The notes beneath the pieces were generated by a model. It was not told the DNA's origin, searched no databases, and saw nothing but the letters and a program-made list of their open reading frames with translations. Of a DNA stretch of 63,363 bases, positions 28,544 through 38,038 are shown in pieces; the first letter of the stretch is position 1, and the number at the start of each line of letters is the position of its first letter. Source of the stretch: Actinomycetes bacterium. Lineage in GTDB: Bacteria > Actinomycetota > Acidimicrobiia > Acidimicrobiales > Bog-793. Made by a program: the position numbers and the translations under genes. The stretch is from NCBI GenBank assembly GCA_021838945.1, contig JAKCCH010000004.1, forward strand, positions 1 to 63,363, written 5' to 3'.

Positions 28544-30702
28544 GCCGCCCGAACCCCCTCGACCTGCGCACCGCCTTCGAGCGCTCGTACCCATACCCGC
28601 TCGATCCGTTCCAGCTGGCGGCGATGGACCTGCTCGACTCGGGGCGCTCGGTGCTCGTCACGGCGCCGACGGGTGCCGGCAAGACCGTCGTGGCGGAGTA
28701 CGCCGTCCACCGGGCCTTCGCCGAAGGCGTCCGGGCCTTCTACACGACGCCGCTCAAGGCGCTCTCGAACCAGAAGTTCGGCGACCTGGTGCGCCGGTAC
28801 GGCGCTCGTCAGGTCGGCCTCCTCACCGGCGACAACTCGATCAACGGCGAGGCGCCCGTCGTCGTCATGACGACCGAAGTGCTGCGAAACATGATCCACG
28901 CCGAACGCACCTCGCTCTCCCGTCTCGGCTATGTGGTGCTCGACGAGGTGCACTACTTGGAGGACCCGTACCGCGGCGGCGTCTGGGAGGAGGTGATCCT
29001 CGGCGCGCCGCCGGAGGTGAGGCTCGTCTGCCTGTCGGCGACGGTCGCGAACGCCGGCGACCTTGCAGCCTGGATCGGCACGGTCCGCGGTGACACGGGC
29101 ATCGTGCGGGAGGAGCGCCGCCCGGTGGCGCTCCACGACTTGTTCGCGATCGGCGACCGGAGCTCCGAGCGCATCCACCTGCTGCCGGTCTTCCTCGACG
29201 GCAAGCCGAACCCGCGCGCGATCGAGCTCGACGAGCTCATGGCGCGCCACGGGCCCCACGTGCGCCGGCCCCGATCGCGCGTGCTCCACACCACGCACGG
29301 CCGCGCTCGCTCGTACCGGCCGAGGAGAACAGAGGTGGTCGAGCGCCTCGACGAGGTCGACCTTCTCCCGGCGATCTACTTCATCTTCTCTCGCGCAGGC
29401 TGTGACGAGGCCGTGCGGTATTGCCTCGAGGAGGGCTTGAAGCTCACGACGTCAGCCGAGCGGGCGCGCATCCGCGAGATCGTCGAGGAGCACGTCGATG
29501 CGCTCTCCGACGACGACTTGAGCGTCCTTGACTACGGCCGGTTCGCGACGGCCCTCGAGTCAGGGCTCGCCCCGCACCACGCCGGCATGGTGCCGCCGTT
29601 CCGGGAGGCGGTGGAGCAGTGCTTCTCCGAGGCTCTCGTCAAGGCCGTGTTCGCGACCGAGACCCTCGCTCTCGGTATCAACATGCCTGCGCGGTCGGTC
29701 GTCATCGAGGAGCTCTCGAAGTTCTCCGGTGCCGGGCACCAGGAGCTGACTCCTGGCGAGTACACGCAGCTCACCGGAAGGGCCGGCCGGCGCGGCATCG
29801 ACGAGGTCGGCTACGCCGTCGTGCTCGCCTCGCCGTTTCACACCTTCGACGACGTGGCGCGCCTCGCGGGCGCTCCGGGGAGAGCGCTCACCTCGTCGTT
29901 CCGCCCGACGTACAACCTGGCCATCAGCTTGGTCCGGCGTTTCGAGCGTGCCGAGGCGTATCGCATCGTGACCTCGTCGTTCGCGCAGTGGCTCTCCGAG
30001 GAGGATCTCGGGGGCCAGCTGACGAGCGTGCTCGGGATGCTGGCGGACCGGGGGTACGTCCGCGGCTGGTCTGTGACGGCCGACGGCGAGATGCTGGCGG
30101 GGATCTACCACGAGGCCGATCTCCTCGTGGCCGAGAGCCTGCGGCGCGGGCTGCTCGACGGGCTGGAGCCGGCGGCGATGGCGGCGGTCGTGTCCGCCTT
30201 CTGCTTCGAGTCGCGGCGCGAGCGCGAGGGGAGCCCGGACGTCCCGCCCGGGACCGTCTCGGAGCGCCTGCTCGCCATCGGCGAAGTCGCCGAGCAGCTC
30301 GGGGAGGACGAGCGGTCGAGATCCCTGCCGCTCACGCGCGGGATCGATCCCGGCTTTGCACTGATCACCCGCGACTGGGCACGGGGAAGAGAGCTGCGAC
30401 GGGTGCTCGCCCCCGCCAGCCCGGGGCGTAAGCCCGGCCCGCGCCGCGCCGTCCGGGCCGTCATGACCGGAGGCGACTTCGTGCGCAACATGAAACAGGT
30501 CATCGACCTCCTGCGCCAGGTGGCCTCGGTCGCCCCCTCCCCGCAGACGCGTCAGGCGGCGGAAGGAGCGGCGCGGCGCCTTCTTCGCGGAGTCGTGGCG
30601 GCGTCCTCCCAGGTGACCGTGGAGGGCCCCGACACCGCCTCGGGCTCCGCCACCGAGGCGCCCGCCACGGGTATCCACGCTCGCGGCGCGAGCGCCTCGT
30701 AA
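28540..30702 (+). CDS. helY: Ski2-like DExH helicase HelY
   Basis: Motifs APTGAGKT, TTPLKALSNQK, DEVH, LSAT, ATETLALGINMPA, QLTGRAGRRGID and a DSHCT-like end. GTG 28540 is coupled to tatC. Confidence 0.93.
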   Translation: MSRPNPLDLRTAFERSYPYPLDPFQLAAMDLLDSGRSVLVTAPTGAGKTVVAEYAVHRAFAEGVRAFYTTPLKALSNQKFGDLVRRYGARQVGLLTGDNSINGEAPVVVMTTEVLRNMIHAERTSLSRLGYVVLDEVHYLEDPYRGGVWEEVILGAPPEVRLVCLSATVANAGDLAAWIGTVRGDTGIVREERRPVALHDLFAIGDRSSERIHLLPVFLDGKPNPRAIELDELMARHGPHVRRPRSRVLHTTHGRARSYRPRRTEVVERLDEVDLLPAIYFIFSRAGCDEAVRYCLEEGLKLTTSAERARIREIVEEHVDALSDDDLSVLDYGRFATALESGLAPHHAGMVPPFREAVEQCFSEALVKAVFATETLALGINMPARSVVIEELSKFSGAGHQELTPGEYTQLTGRAGRRGIDEVGYAVVLASPFHTFDDVARLAGAPGRALTSSFRPTYNLAISLVRRFERAEAYRIVTSSFAQWLSEEDLGGQLTSVLGMLADRGYVRGWSVTADGEMLAGIYHEADLLVAESLRRGLLDGLEPAAMAAVVSAFCFESRREREGSPDVPPGTVSERLLAIGEVAEQLGEDERSRSLPLTRGIDPGFALITRDWARGRELRRVLAPASPGRKPGPRRAVRAVMTGGDFVRNMKQVIDLLRQVASVAPSPQTRQAAEGAARRLLRGVVAASSQVTVEGPDTASGSATEAPATGIHARGASAS

Positions 30703-30714
30703 TCTCAGCGGGGC

Positions 30715-32382
30715 ATGTCGCTGACAGGGCCCGAGACCTTCACCGCCGACGAGCGGGCACTGCTCTCGCGGTACTTCACGAACCTCGACGGGCCGGTGTT
30801 CGCCCTCGTCAACCTGCCCGAAGTCGTGAAGGGGGCGCTCTTCGCCCGGTACTCCCGCTCGCCGAAGAGCCTGCGGCGCCTGTTCCTCGACGAATTCGTG
30901 GACGACCTCGACGTCACCGGTGACACGAGCCTCGACGCCACAGTCGGCCTGCGCCGAGCGGAGGACCTCTACGAGCGCGTGTTCAGCGAGTACGGGGACG
31001 ACTCCGTCGCCCAGCTCGGCGGCGTCCACCTCGCTTGCGAGCAGTCGTCCAACCTCCTCACGAAGATCCTCGAGCGGGGCAGGTTGATGTCGTACCTCGA
31101 GCAGTCGACCCGGTACATCCCCTATGACACGCGCCTTCCGAGCGGGCACTACCGCTACATCCGCGATCCCGCCATCCTCGATTCGCCCCTCGGCGCCCGT
31201 TACGTCGGCGAGATGGACCGCATGTTCGACACCTATGGCGAGCTCCTGCCGGTGCTGCAGGAGCACGTCGCGAAGCGCTCACCGAAGGCGAACGGAGTCT
31301 CTGCGTTCGCGCACCGTGCGGCCGTGCGTGCCGCCAGCCTCGACGCCCTGCGCGGGCTGCTGCCGGCAGGATGCCTGTCGAACGTCGGCATATACGGCAC
31401 GGGCCAGGGCTACGAGCAGCTCCTGCTCCGGATGCGGGCGCATCCGCTCCCCGAGGCCCGGCGATACGCCGAGCTGATGATCGTGGAGCTCCGCAAGGTC
31501 ATCCCTAGCTTCCTCACCCGACTCGACCGGGAGGAACGTGGGGGCGTCTGGGTCGACTACTTCCGGCGGACCGAGGAGGCGACCGCCCGCGTCGTCGGGT
31601 CCCTCTTTCCACGCCAGGTACCGCAGCCGGGAGCGTCGGTGACCCTCACCTCCTTCGACCCGGACGGCGAGGACCGTGTTCTCGCCGCCATCTGCTACGA
31701 GCACGCCAACCTGCCCGAGTCGGAGCTGCTCACCCGCGTCCGTGAGCTGCCCGCCACCGAGCGCCAGCGCCTGTTCACGTCCTACGTCGGCGAGCGCGTC
31801 AACCGCCGCCATCGCCCCGGGCGCGCCTTCGAGGCGACCACCTACCGCTTCGACGTCGTATGCGACTACGGAGCATTCCGTGACCTGCAGCGGCACCGCC
31901 TCCTCACGATCGAGTGGCAGCCGCTCGGCACCGACCTCGGATACGAGGTGCCCGAGCTTGTCGAGGAGGCCGGGCTCTCGGACCGCTACGTGGACCAGCT
32001 CGAGCGATCGAGGTCGCTCCACGACGCGCTCGCTAAGTACTTCCCCGACCAGTGCGGGTACGCCGTCGCGTTGGCCTACAACATCCGTTTCTCGATGGAG
32101 ATGAACGCGCGCGAGGCGATGCACCTCATCGAGCTCCGCTCGACGCCTCAAGGGCACCCGGCGTACCGCAAGGTCGCGACAGAGATGCACCGTCTCATCG
32201 CCGAGGAGGCCCACCACGTGGGAATCGCCGGCGCGATGTCCTTCGTCGAGCGGGCAGAGGCTGACCTCGGCCGCCTCGATGCGGAGCAGCGCGCGGAGGC
32301 AAAGGCGGCGGCACGGCAGGTGTCGGGGGCCGCAGAGGGCCGCCGGCTACGGGCGGTCCGACCGCACGGGCCGACTGCATGA
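30715..32382 (+). CDS. thyX: FAD-dependent thymidylate synthase, tandem-Thy1 long form
   Basis: Motifs ALFARYSRS, YGDDSVAQL, LEQSTRY, RDLQRHR, ELRS..QGH..YR. Confidence 0.85.
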   Translation: MSLTGPETFTADERALLSRYFTNLDGPVFALVNLPEVVKGALFARYSRSPKSLRRLFLDEFVDDLDVTGDTSLDATVGLRRAEDLYERVFSEYGDDSVAQLGGVHLACEQSSNLLTKILERGRLMSYLEQSTRYIPYDTRLPSGHYRYIRDPAILDSPLGARYVGEMDRMFDTYGELLPVLQEHVAKRSPKANGVSAFAHRAAVRAASLDALRGLLPAGCLSNVGIYGTGQGYEQLLLRMRAHPLPEARRYAELMIVELRKVIPSFLTRLDREERGGVWVDYFRRTEEATARVVGSLFPRQVPQPGASVTLTSFDPDGEDRVLAAICYEHANLPESELLTRVRELPATERQRLFTSYVGERVNRRHRPGRAFEATTYRFDVVCDYGAFRDLQRHRLLTIEWQPLGTDLGYEVPELVEEAGLSDRYVDQLERSRSLHDALAKYFPDQCGYAVALAYNIRFSMEMNAREAMHLIELRSTPQGHPAYRKVATEMHRLIAEEAHHVGIAGAMSFVERAEADLGRLDAEQRAEAKAAARQVSGAAEGRRLRAVRPHGPTA

Positions 32383-32487
32383 CGACTCTGTGACGGCGCT
32401 TGACAACGACCGGAATCGGCGCGCGCGCGCCGGGCCGGACGTCCCGAAGAGGAGCAGGCATCGTGAGCAGGGCCATTCCCGGGCCGC

Positions 32488-32516
32488 TTGACGAGTTCGC
32501 AGGCGCTCGTCATAAC
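32488..32516 (+). promoter_or_regulatory. Sigma70-like promoter upstream of the structured non-coding region
   Basis: TTGACG-N17-CATAAC. Confidence 0.45.
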
Positions 32517-32710
32517 TAGAGGGTTCCCCTCTATCCGAGGGTGCCTCCGGAGGGTTCCGGACAAGGTGCCATGGTCGTCCGGGGGGAGTTGCGAGCGGTG
32601 GGACCCAGGGGGTCGAGTAGAGAACGCCCGAGTCGTCGGGAGACCGGCGGCATCGCCCGGGCAGGCGACAGGGTGGCCCCAAAGGCGCCCCTGGGTCTCC
32701 CCACCTTTCG
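32517..32710 (+). ncRNA. Candidate structured RNA of unknown family
   Basis: Multiple nested helices, a GNRA-capped hairpin with G-U pairs, and a terminal helix followed by TTT. See findings. Confidence 0.45.
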
Positions 32711-32843
32711 AGCCCGCCCGTCACGTGTGACGGGACCCCGAACATCGTTCGTCGGGAACACGCGGGCTGACGCCGGTGTTGCCGTATAGTCATCGCGCTC
32801 CAGTCCGAGCGGCGAGAGCGTCAGGAGCGACCAAGGGAGCCCA

Positions 32844-33356
32844 ATGCCAAAGGACATCGAAGAGGACGTCGCCGGGGACGACCTCGACGAAGACGCTCTC
32901 CAGGGCGAAAGCGACATCGAGGACCTCTCCGAGGACGAGGACCTGCTCGACGAGGACGAGCTCGAGGATGACGACGAGATCGGCGAGGACGACGACGACG
33001 ACGAGCTCGCCGACGACGGGCTGAGCGAGGAGGAGGACTCCGAGGAGGGCGCCGTCCGCACCGCGACGCACACGACCGAGGGCGACGAATCGGGCAGCGA
33101 GGACGAGGACGAGGACGAGCTCGACGACGATGACGTGGAGGCGAGCCTCGACGTCATCTTGAAGGAACGCCTCGTGGTCGAGGACGAGGAGCAGGATGAC
33201 GAGGACGAGCCGGCCGATGCCGAGGACCGGGGCGACGGAAGCACGCGCGTCCTGCCGAAGCAGCCCGGCGAGTTCGTCTGCAGGTCCTGCTTCCTCGTGA
33301 AGAGCGAGACGCAGCTCGCCGATCCGAAGCGCATGCTCTGCAGGGACTGCGTCTGA
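32844..33356 (+). CDS. DUF4193-family protein with a long acidic N-terminus and C-terminal Cys4 motif
   Basis: RVLPKQPGEFVCRSCFLVK..QL......CRDC. Asp/Glu-rich region of about 130 aa. -10 TATAGT at 32785-32790. Confidence 0.8.
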   Translation: MPKDIEEDVAGDDLDEDALQGESDIEDLSEDEDLLDEDELEDDDEIGEDDDDDELADDGLSEEEDSEEGAVRTATHTTEGDESGSEDEDEDELDDDDVEASLDVILKERLVVEDEEQDDEDEPADAEDRGDGSTRVLPKQPGEFVCRSCFLVKSETQLADPKRMLCRDCV

Positions 33357-33387
33357 TCCGGCGGCGGCGCAGGTAGGGTCGAGCGGC

Positions 33388-33930
33388 GTGGCTGACGAAC
33401 GACCTGTCCACGAACGACTTCTCGACCTCGCCCTCTACGTCCCGGTCGGCATCGCGACCGCGGTCGTCGAGGAGCTGCCGAGCTTCGCGGAGAAGGGTCG
33501 CCAGCGGCTGAAGGGCCAGCTCGAGATCGCCCGCGCGATCGGCAAGTTCACAGTTGCCGAGGCGCAGCGGCGCGTCGGCAAGGCGACCGGAGCCACAGCG
33601 CGACCGCACGCCGTCGGCGACGAGCTGCGCGAGACGCCCGAGCGAGCAGTGCAACCGGGCGCACGAGGGGTCCCGAGGGAGGAAGAGGACGAAAGCACCT
33701 CTCGCCCCGGAGCCGAGGCCATCACGGGTGAGACCGCACCCGATGTCGCTTCGTTGCCCATCCCCGGCTACGACACGCTGGCGGCCTCACAGGTGGTCCA
33801 GCGCCTTGCCTCTCTCCGCCCGGACGAGCTCGACGCAGTGCGCCGTTACGAGGAGTCGACTCGTGGGCGCAGGACCATCCTCCACCGGATCGCCCAGCTC
33901 AGCTCCTCGGACGGGCGCGCGACGGCCTGA
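33388..33930 (+). CDS. Conserved actinobacterial protein, C-terminus resembling lipid-droplet-associated (Rv1109c-like) proteins
   Basis: LPIPGYDTL.ASQVV.RL..L...EL..VRRYE...RGRRTIL helical domain. Confidence 0.65.
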   Translation: MADERPVHERLLDLALYVPVGIATAVVEELPSFAEKGRQRLKGQLEIARAIGKFTVAEAQRRVGKATGATARPHAVGDELRETPERAVQPGARGVPREEEDESTSRPGAEAITGETAPDVASLPIPGYDTLAASQVVQRLASLRPDELDAVRRYEESTRGRRTILHRIAQLSSSDGRATA

Positions 33931-33937
33931 GGGCGGC

Positions 33938-34459
33938 TTGGACGTCTCGGCACGGCGAGCGGGGGACTCGGACGCCGCGCCGCTTGCCGTGCTTCGACGC
34001 ACGGCGCACGAGGCGGTTCTCTCCGAGCGATCCGGACCGTTGCACCTCCGGGTCGAACACCTGGCGTCACCGGTCGTCGGCTCCGGGGAGCACGATGCCG
34101 GGGAGCACGATGCCGGGGAGCGCGAACAGCGGCGGCCCGGGTCGGTGGAGCCTGGACCGCTCGTGGCCGTCGCCGAGATCGACGGCGTCGTCGTCGGGTT
34201 CCTCGAAGCGGAGCTTCTCGCGATCCACGGCGAGCGCCCGCTCTGCCGGGTCTCTGCCCTCTACGTAGAGCCGGCAGCGCGCGAAGTCGGTGCCGGCGAG
34301 GCACTCATGGACCTCGTGTCGAGCTGGGCGTCGGGTCGAGGAGCAGTCGGCATCGACGTGCTCGCACTCCCAGGTGCGCGTGAGGTGAAGAACTTCCTCG
34401 AGTCCGCCGGTTACGTCGCCCGGCTCATCGTGATGCACCGGCCGCTGGAAGGAGCGTGA
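33938..34459 (+). CDS. GNAT family N-acetyltransferase
   Basis: VAEIDGVVVGF, LYVEPAAREVGAGEALM, KNFLESAGY. TTG start is uncertain. Contains a 15-bp repeat (EHDAG x2). Confidence 0.8.
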   Translation: MDVSARRAGDSDAAPLAVLRRTAHEAVLSERSGPLHLRVEHLASPVVGSGEHDAGEHDAGEREQRRPGSVEPGPLVAVAEIDGVVVGFLEAELLAIHGERPLCRVSALYVEPAAREVGAGEALMDLVSSWASGRGAVGIDVLALPGAREVKNFLESAGYVARLIVMHRPLEGA

Positions 34460-34887
34460 AGCCTCTCCAGCCCGTGCTTGCCGTCGGTGCTGTCGTGCTG
34501 CACGAGGGTCGGCTCCTCCTCGTTCGGCGCATGCAGCCTCCGGCGGTCGGCGCCTGGAGCGTCCCGGGCGGGCGTGTCGAGCCGGGGGAGACGCTCACAG
34601 CTGCCGTGGCCCGCGAGGTGCTCGAGGAGACCGGGCTACTGGTCGCAGTGGACGAGCTCGTGGGCTGGGTGGAGCGGACGGGTGACGCGTACCACTTCGT
34701 GATCCTCGACTTCTTCGCCCACGTCCTCGGCGACGACCTCGAACCGGTTGCAGGCGACGATGCCGGCGAAGCTCGTTGGGTCGAGGCAGCGGACCTCGAC
34801 GAGCTACCCCTCGTCGCCGGTCTGGCGGACTTCCTCCGTGACCACGGGGTCCACCTCGGGACTGGGGGCGGGAGCGGGAAGGATTGA
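34456..34887 (+). CDS. NUDIX hydrolase
   Basis: Nudix box PGGRVEPGETLTAAVAREVLEETGL, plus AGDDA. Confidence 0.92.
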   Translation: MKPLQPVLAVGAVVLHEGRLLLVRRMQPPAVGAWSVPGGRVEPGETLTAAVAREVLEETGLLVAVDELVGWVERTGDAYHFVILDFFAHVLGDDLEPVAGDDAGEARWVEAADLDELPLVAGLADFLRDHGVHLGTGGGSGKD

Positions 34888-36345
34888 CGCAGGCTCTTCG
34901 GGCGACGGCTCTGCGACCGGCTCTGCGACCGGCTCTGCGACCGGCTCTGCAGCCCGCTCTGCCTGCGGCTCGGGCCGGCGCGGCGGCCGCGCGGGCGGGC
35001 GGGCGGCCGGATGGGGCGGTGGCGGGATCGCCATGCCGAGCAGCCTGCCGAGTGCCGGGATGCGGCTAGCTGCGGCACGTGCCTGTCGCTCCACTCCACC
35101 GTCGGGGTCCTTCGGCAGGCCGACGGGCTTCACCTGGCGCCGCACGGGTGACTGCACGGCAGCCTCGAGGAGCGAGAGCCAGCGTTCCGGGGTGGTCTCC
35201 TCGGTCATCGCCTGACCTGCAGCCTCCGCAAGAGGCTTGACGAGGGCGGCCGGGAAGCGAGCGGTCGGCTCGGGTGGCTTGGCGGACAGCCGGAGCGCCT
35301 GGAGAACCCTGCCGTCTCCGAGCGCCTGTGTCAGGTGCTGCTCCCAGTCCTGGCGCAACTTCCTGACACGGCGGTCGAGGGTCTCCCGGAGATTGCGCTC
35401 GAGCTCCCTCCCGGCCTCGTCGCGAGGTGCCGCCCCGACGACGGTGGCGCGCAGGTCACGCAGCGTGATCTCGTCAGCCTTCTCGAGGGCCGCCTCGGCC
35501 CGGTCCAGCCAGACGGCGGCTTTCACGTCGCCGAGCAACTCCTCCGCGATGGCGATGATGGGTTCGCCCGAGGCGATCGGCCGCCCCTCTTCCTTCGCCC
35601 GCTGCTGTTCGTCCGTGAGCGCTTTGCGAAGGGCCGGCAGGCCACCTGCCGCAAGCCGCTCGGCGATCGCCCGCTGCTCGGGCGTGAGCGTCTCGAAGAG
35701 GCGGTTGCGGTGGGCCGTCCCGGGCTCGAAACGCGGGGGCATCCTCCGGCCCGGCTTCCCGCTCCCGGGCTCGCCACCCGCCCCGCCAGCGTCCCGTGCC
35801 GGGCGGCCGTGGGGCGCTCTCGCGTCACCGGACGCTGTCGCGCGCGGTGGGCGCTCCTCTCCGCGGGTGCGGTCGCCACCCTCGAAGCGCCTCGACCCGT
35901 CCCGCCGGCCGCCTGCAACGGTCGAACGGCCGGCTGCATCGCCCGACCGCTCGCCGTCACGGCGGCGTGGCGTTCGCTCACCGCGCCCAGCGCGCTGGTC
36001 GGCTCCCCGCGGACCGCGTCGCTCCCCCTCGCGACCGAAGCCTCCGCGGCGCTCCGGGCGACCGGCCAGCACCGTGGTGACACCGGGCGCGGAGCGCGGG
36101 GGACCGAGGTGCTCGATGCGATTGGTCGTGTCCTCGTGCTTCTCCTTCGGAGGGATGACGGACAGCACGGTGATGCCGTCGAGCTCGACCTCCACCTCCG
36201 CCCGCAGGACGTCCCCCACCTTGGAGTGAGGTGGGAGCACCGAGATCGGCACCACGCCCCGGGGCTGGCGCGCACCGGCAGCTCGCCAGGTGTAGGTGTC
36301 GTCGTCTCGAGCGCTCGTCAGCTCGATGTCCATGCGGTTCGCCAT
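34804..36345 (-). CDS. Hypothetical protein (small beta-rich N-domain, RG-rich linker, helical C-domain)
   Basis: 513-aa ORF with natural composition. -10-like TAGCTT upstream. C-terminal AEPV repeats. Confidence 0.75.
   Translation of the reverse strand: MANRMDIELTSARDDDTYTWRAAGARQPRGVVPISVLPPHSKVGDVLRAEVEVELDGITVLSVIPPKEKHEDTTNRIEHLGPPRSAPGVTTVLAGRPERRGGFGREGERRGPRGADQRAGRGERTPRRRDGERSGDAAGRSTVAGGRRDGSRRFEGGDRTRGEERPPRATASGDARAPHGRPARDAGGAGGEPGSGKPGRRMPPRFEPGTAHRNRLFETLTPEQRAIAERLAAGGLPALRKALTDEQQRAKEEGRPIASGEPIIAIAEELLGDVKAAVWLDRAEAALEKADEITLRDLRATVVGAAPRDEAGRELERNLRETLDRRVRKLRQDWEQHLTQALGDGRVLQALRLSAKPPEPTARFPAALVKPLAEAAGQAMTEETTPERWLSLLEAAVQSPVRRQVKPVGLPKDPDGGVERQARAAASRIPALGRLLGMAIPPPPHPAARPPARPPRRPEPQAERAAEPVAEPVAEPVAEPSPEEPASILPAPAPSPEVDPVVTEEVRQTGDEG
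34907..34950. repeat. 12-bp in-frame tandem repeat GGCTCTGCGACC x3.7 (AEPV)
   Basis: Units at 34907, 34919 and 34931, plus a partial unit at 34943. Confidence 0.85.
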
Positions 36346-36427
36346 GACCCGGCCAAGCTACAGCAGCGAAGGATCGCCGCTCACCACGTCGGCTGTGCCG
36401 TCACCCTCAAAGTGGGCAAGGGACACC

Positions 36428-36664
36428 TCACCACGTGGAGTCGTCGGCGACCTTCTCTGGGTCCTCGAGGTGGGCGTCCTGGCCACCCTCGGCGTTGCCT
36501 GCCTCTTCCTCGCCGATCAGCAACTCGTCCTCGTTCCCGTATTCCTCGTCGTCGAAGTCCACCTCGCTGTCGACGCCGGACGTGTCGGCGGGTGCCGCGT
36601 CCCGAAAACCGTCCTCGGTCTCGACCACATGCTCGGTGCCGTCGAAGAGCTCTGACTCGCTCAT
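36428..36664 (-). CDS. Small highly acidic hypothetical protein
   Basis: 78 aa, Asp/Glu-rich. Fills the intergenic space, divergent from the acyl-CoA dehydrogenase. Confidence 0.55.
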   Translation of the reverse strand: MSESELFDGTEHVVETEDGFRDAAPADTSGVDSEVDFDDEEYGNEDELLIGEEEAGNAEGGQDAHLEDPEKVADDSTW

Positions 36665-36741
36665 GATCCCGTTCTATCCGGTTGGCAGTCCTCGTCGGCC
36701 TCTGCAACGCTCGGTGGAACGGCCTGATCAGAGGAGGCGAG

Positions 36742-37947
36742 ATGGACTTCGAACTGTCATCGGTGGCAGAGGAGTACCGCAAGCGGCTGCTCGAGTTCAT
36801 GGACGAGCTCGTCTACCCGAACGAGCAGACCGCCGTGGAGCAGATCGCCGAGTCCGGGAACCCTCACCACCATCCCGAGGTCGTGGAGGACCTGAAGCAA
36901 GCGGCCCGCGGTCGCGGCCTGTGGAACCTGTTCCTCCCGCACGAGACGAAGTGGACCAAGGGACTCTCGAACCTCGACTACGCGCCGCTGGCGGAGATCA
37001 CCGGCCGCTCGCCGATCGCACCCGAGGCGCTCAACTGCTCGGCGCCCGACACGGGGAACATGGAGATCCTCACGATGTTCGGGACTAGCGAGCAGCAGGA
37101 GGAGTGGCTGTACCCGCTGTTGGAGGGCGAGATCCGATCGTGTTTCGCCATGACCGAGCCTGCGGTCGCGAGCTCGGACGCCACGAACATCACCACGTCC
37201 ATCCGGACAGACGGCGACGACTACGTCATCGACGGCCGGAAGTGGTGGATCTCGGGCGCTTCGGACGAGAGGTGCAGGATCTCGATCGTCATGGGCAAGA
37301 CGGACCCGAGCGCCCCACCACATCTCCAGCAGTCGATGGTGCTCGTCCCGATGGACACACCCGGGGTGAGGGTGGTCCGCAACCTGACGGTGTTCGGCTA
37401 CGCCTCACAGGAGGGGCATTGCGAGATCGAGCTCGACTCCGTGCGGGTCCCGCGGCGGAACCTCCTCGGGGAGGAGGGGGGAGGATTCGCCATCGCCCAG
37501 GCGCGGCTCGGCCCCGGTCGGATCCACCACTGCATGCGCGCCATCGGGGCCGCCGAGCGGGCGCTCGAGATCATGTGCCGCCGCGTGCTCGACCGCCGTG
37601 CGTTCGGGGGCCCGCTCGCCGACCAGGGTGTGGTGCAGCAGTGGATCGCCGAGTCTCGCCTCGAGATCGACCAGGCGCGCTGGTACGTGCTCGCCACAGC
37701 CGATGCGATGGACCGCCACGGGAACAAGGCGGCCCGTACCGAGATCGCCGGCATCAAGGTCCTCGCGCCGAACGTCGCCCTCCGGGTGGTCGATCGCGCC
37801 ATCCAGGCGTGCGGTGGCGCGGGTGTCGGCCCTGACCTCCCGCTCGCTCGCATGTACGCGTCGCTTCGCACGCTTCGCATCGCGGATGGTCCCGACGAGG
37901 TGCACCGCCGGACTGTCGCCCGAAGGGAGCTGCGCAAGTACTCCTGA
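36742..37947 (+). CDS. Acyl-CoA dehydrogenase (ACAD10/11-like, FadE2-like)
   Basis: Motifs [64 protein letters not shown]. Confidence 0.95.
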   Translation: MDFELSSVAEEYRKRLLEFMDELVYPNEQTAVEQIAESGNPHHHPEVVEDLKQAARGRGLWNLFLPHETKWTKGLSNLDYAPLAEITGRSPIAPEALNCSAPDTGNMEILTMFGTSEQQEEWLYPLLEGEIRSCFAMTEPAVASSDATNITTSIRTDGDDYVIDGRKWWISGASDERCRISIVMGKTDPSAPPHLQQSMVLVPMDTPGVRVVRNLTVFGYASQEGHCEIELDSVRVPRRNLLGEEGGGFAIAQARLGPGRIHHCMRAIGAAERALEIMCRRVLDRRAFGGPLADQGVVQQWIAESRLEIDQARWYVLATADAMDRHGNKAARTEIAGIKVLAPNVALRVVDRAIQACGGAGVGPDLPLARMYASLRTLRIADGPDEVHRRTVARRELRKYS

Positions 37948-37967
37948 GGCGGGCCCGCTCGGGCATG

Positions 37968-38035
37968 GCCGGCGGACCGGGCATCAGAGTCGCGCCGGCG
38001 AGGGATCGGCGCGGGGGCTGGCCCGGTCCGCCGGC
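37968..38035. terminator. Long GC-rich hairpin between convergent genes (probable bidirectional terminator)
   Basis: Perfect 15-bp arms GCCGGCGGACCGGGC / GCCCGGTCCGCCGGC, with an inner CGCGCCG/CGGCGCG helix. Confidence 0.65.
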
Positions 38036-38038
38036 GAT

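Noticed and set aside
32517-32710. Assignment as 6S, Ms1, SRP RNA or a known riboswitch
   Set aside because: The 5' and 3' ends do not form a 6S-like rod, and I see no SRP GGAA loop motif, riboswitch consensus or Ms1-type synteny. Left as unknown.
34083-34121. 15-bp repeat within the GNAT gene
   Set aside because: It is an in-frame duplication (EHDAG x2) in a probable loop and is likely neutral.
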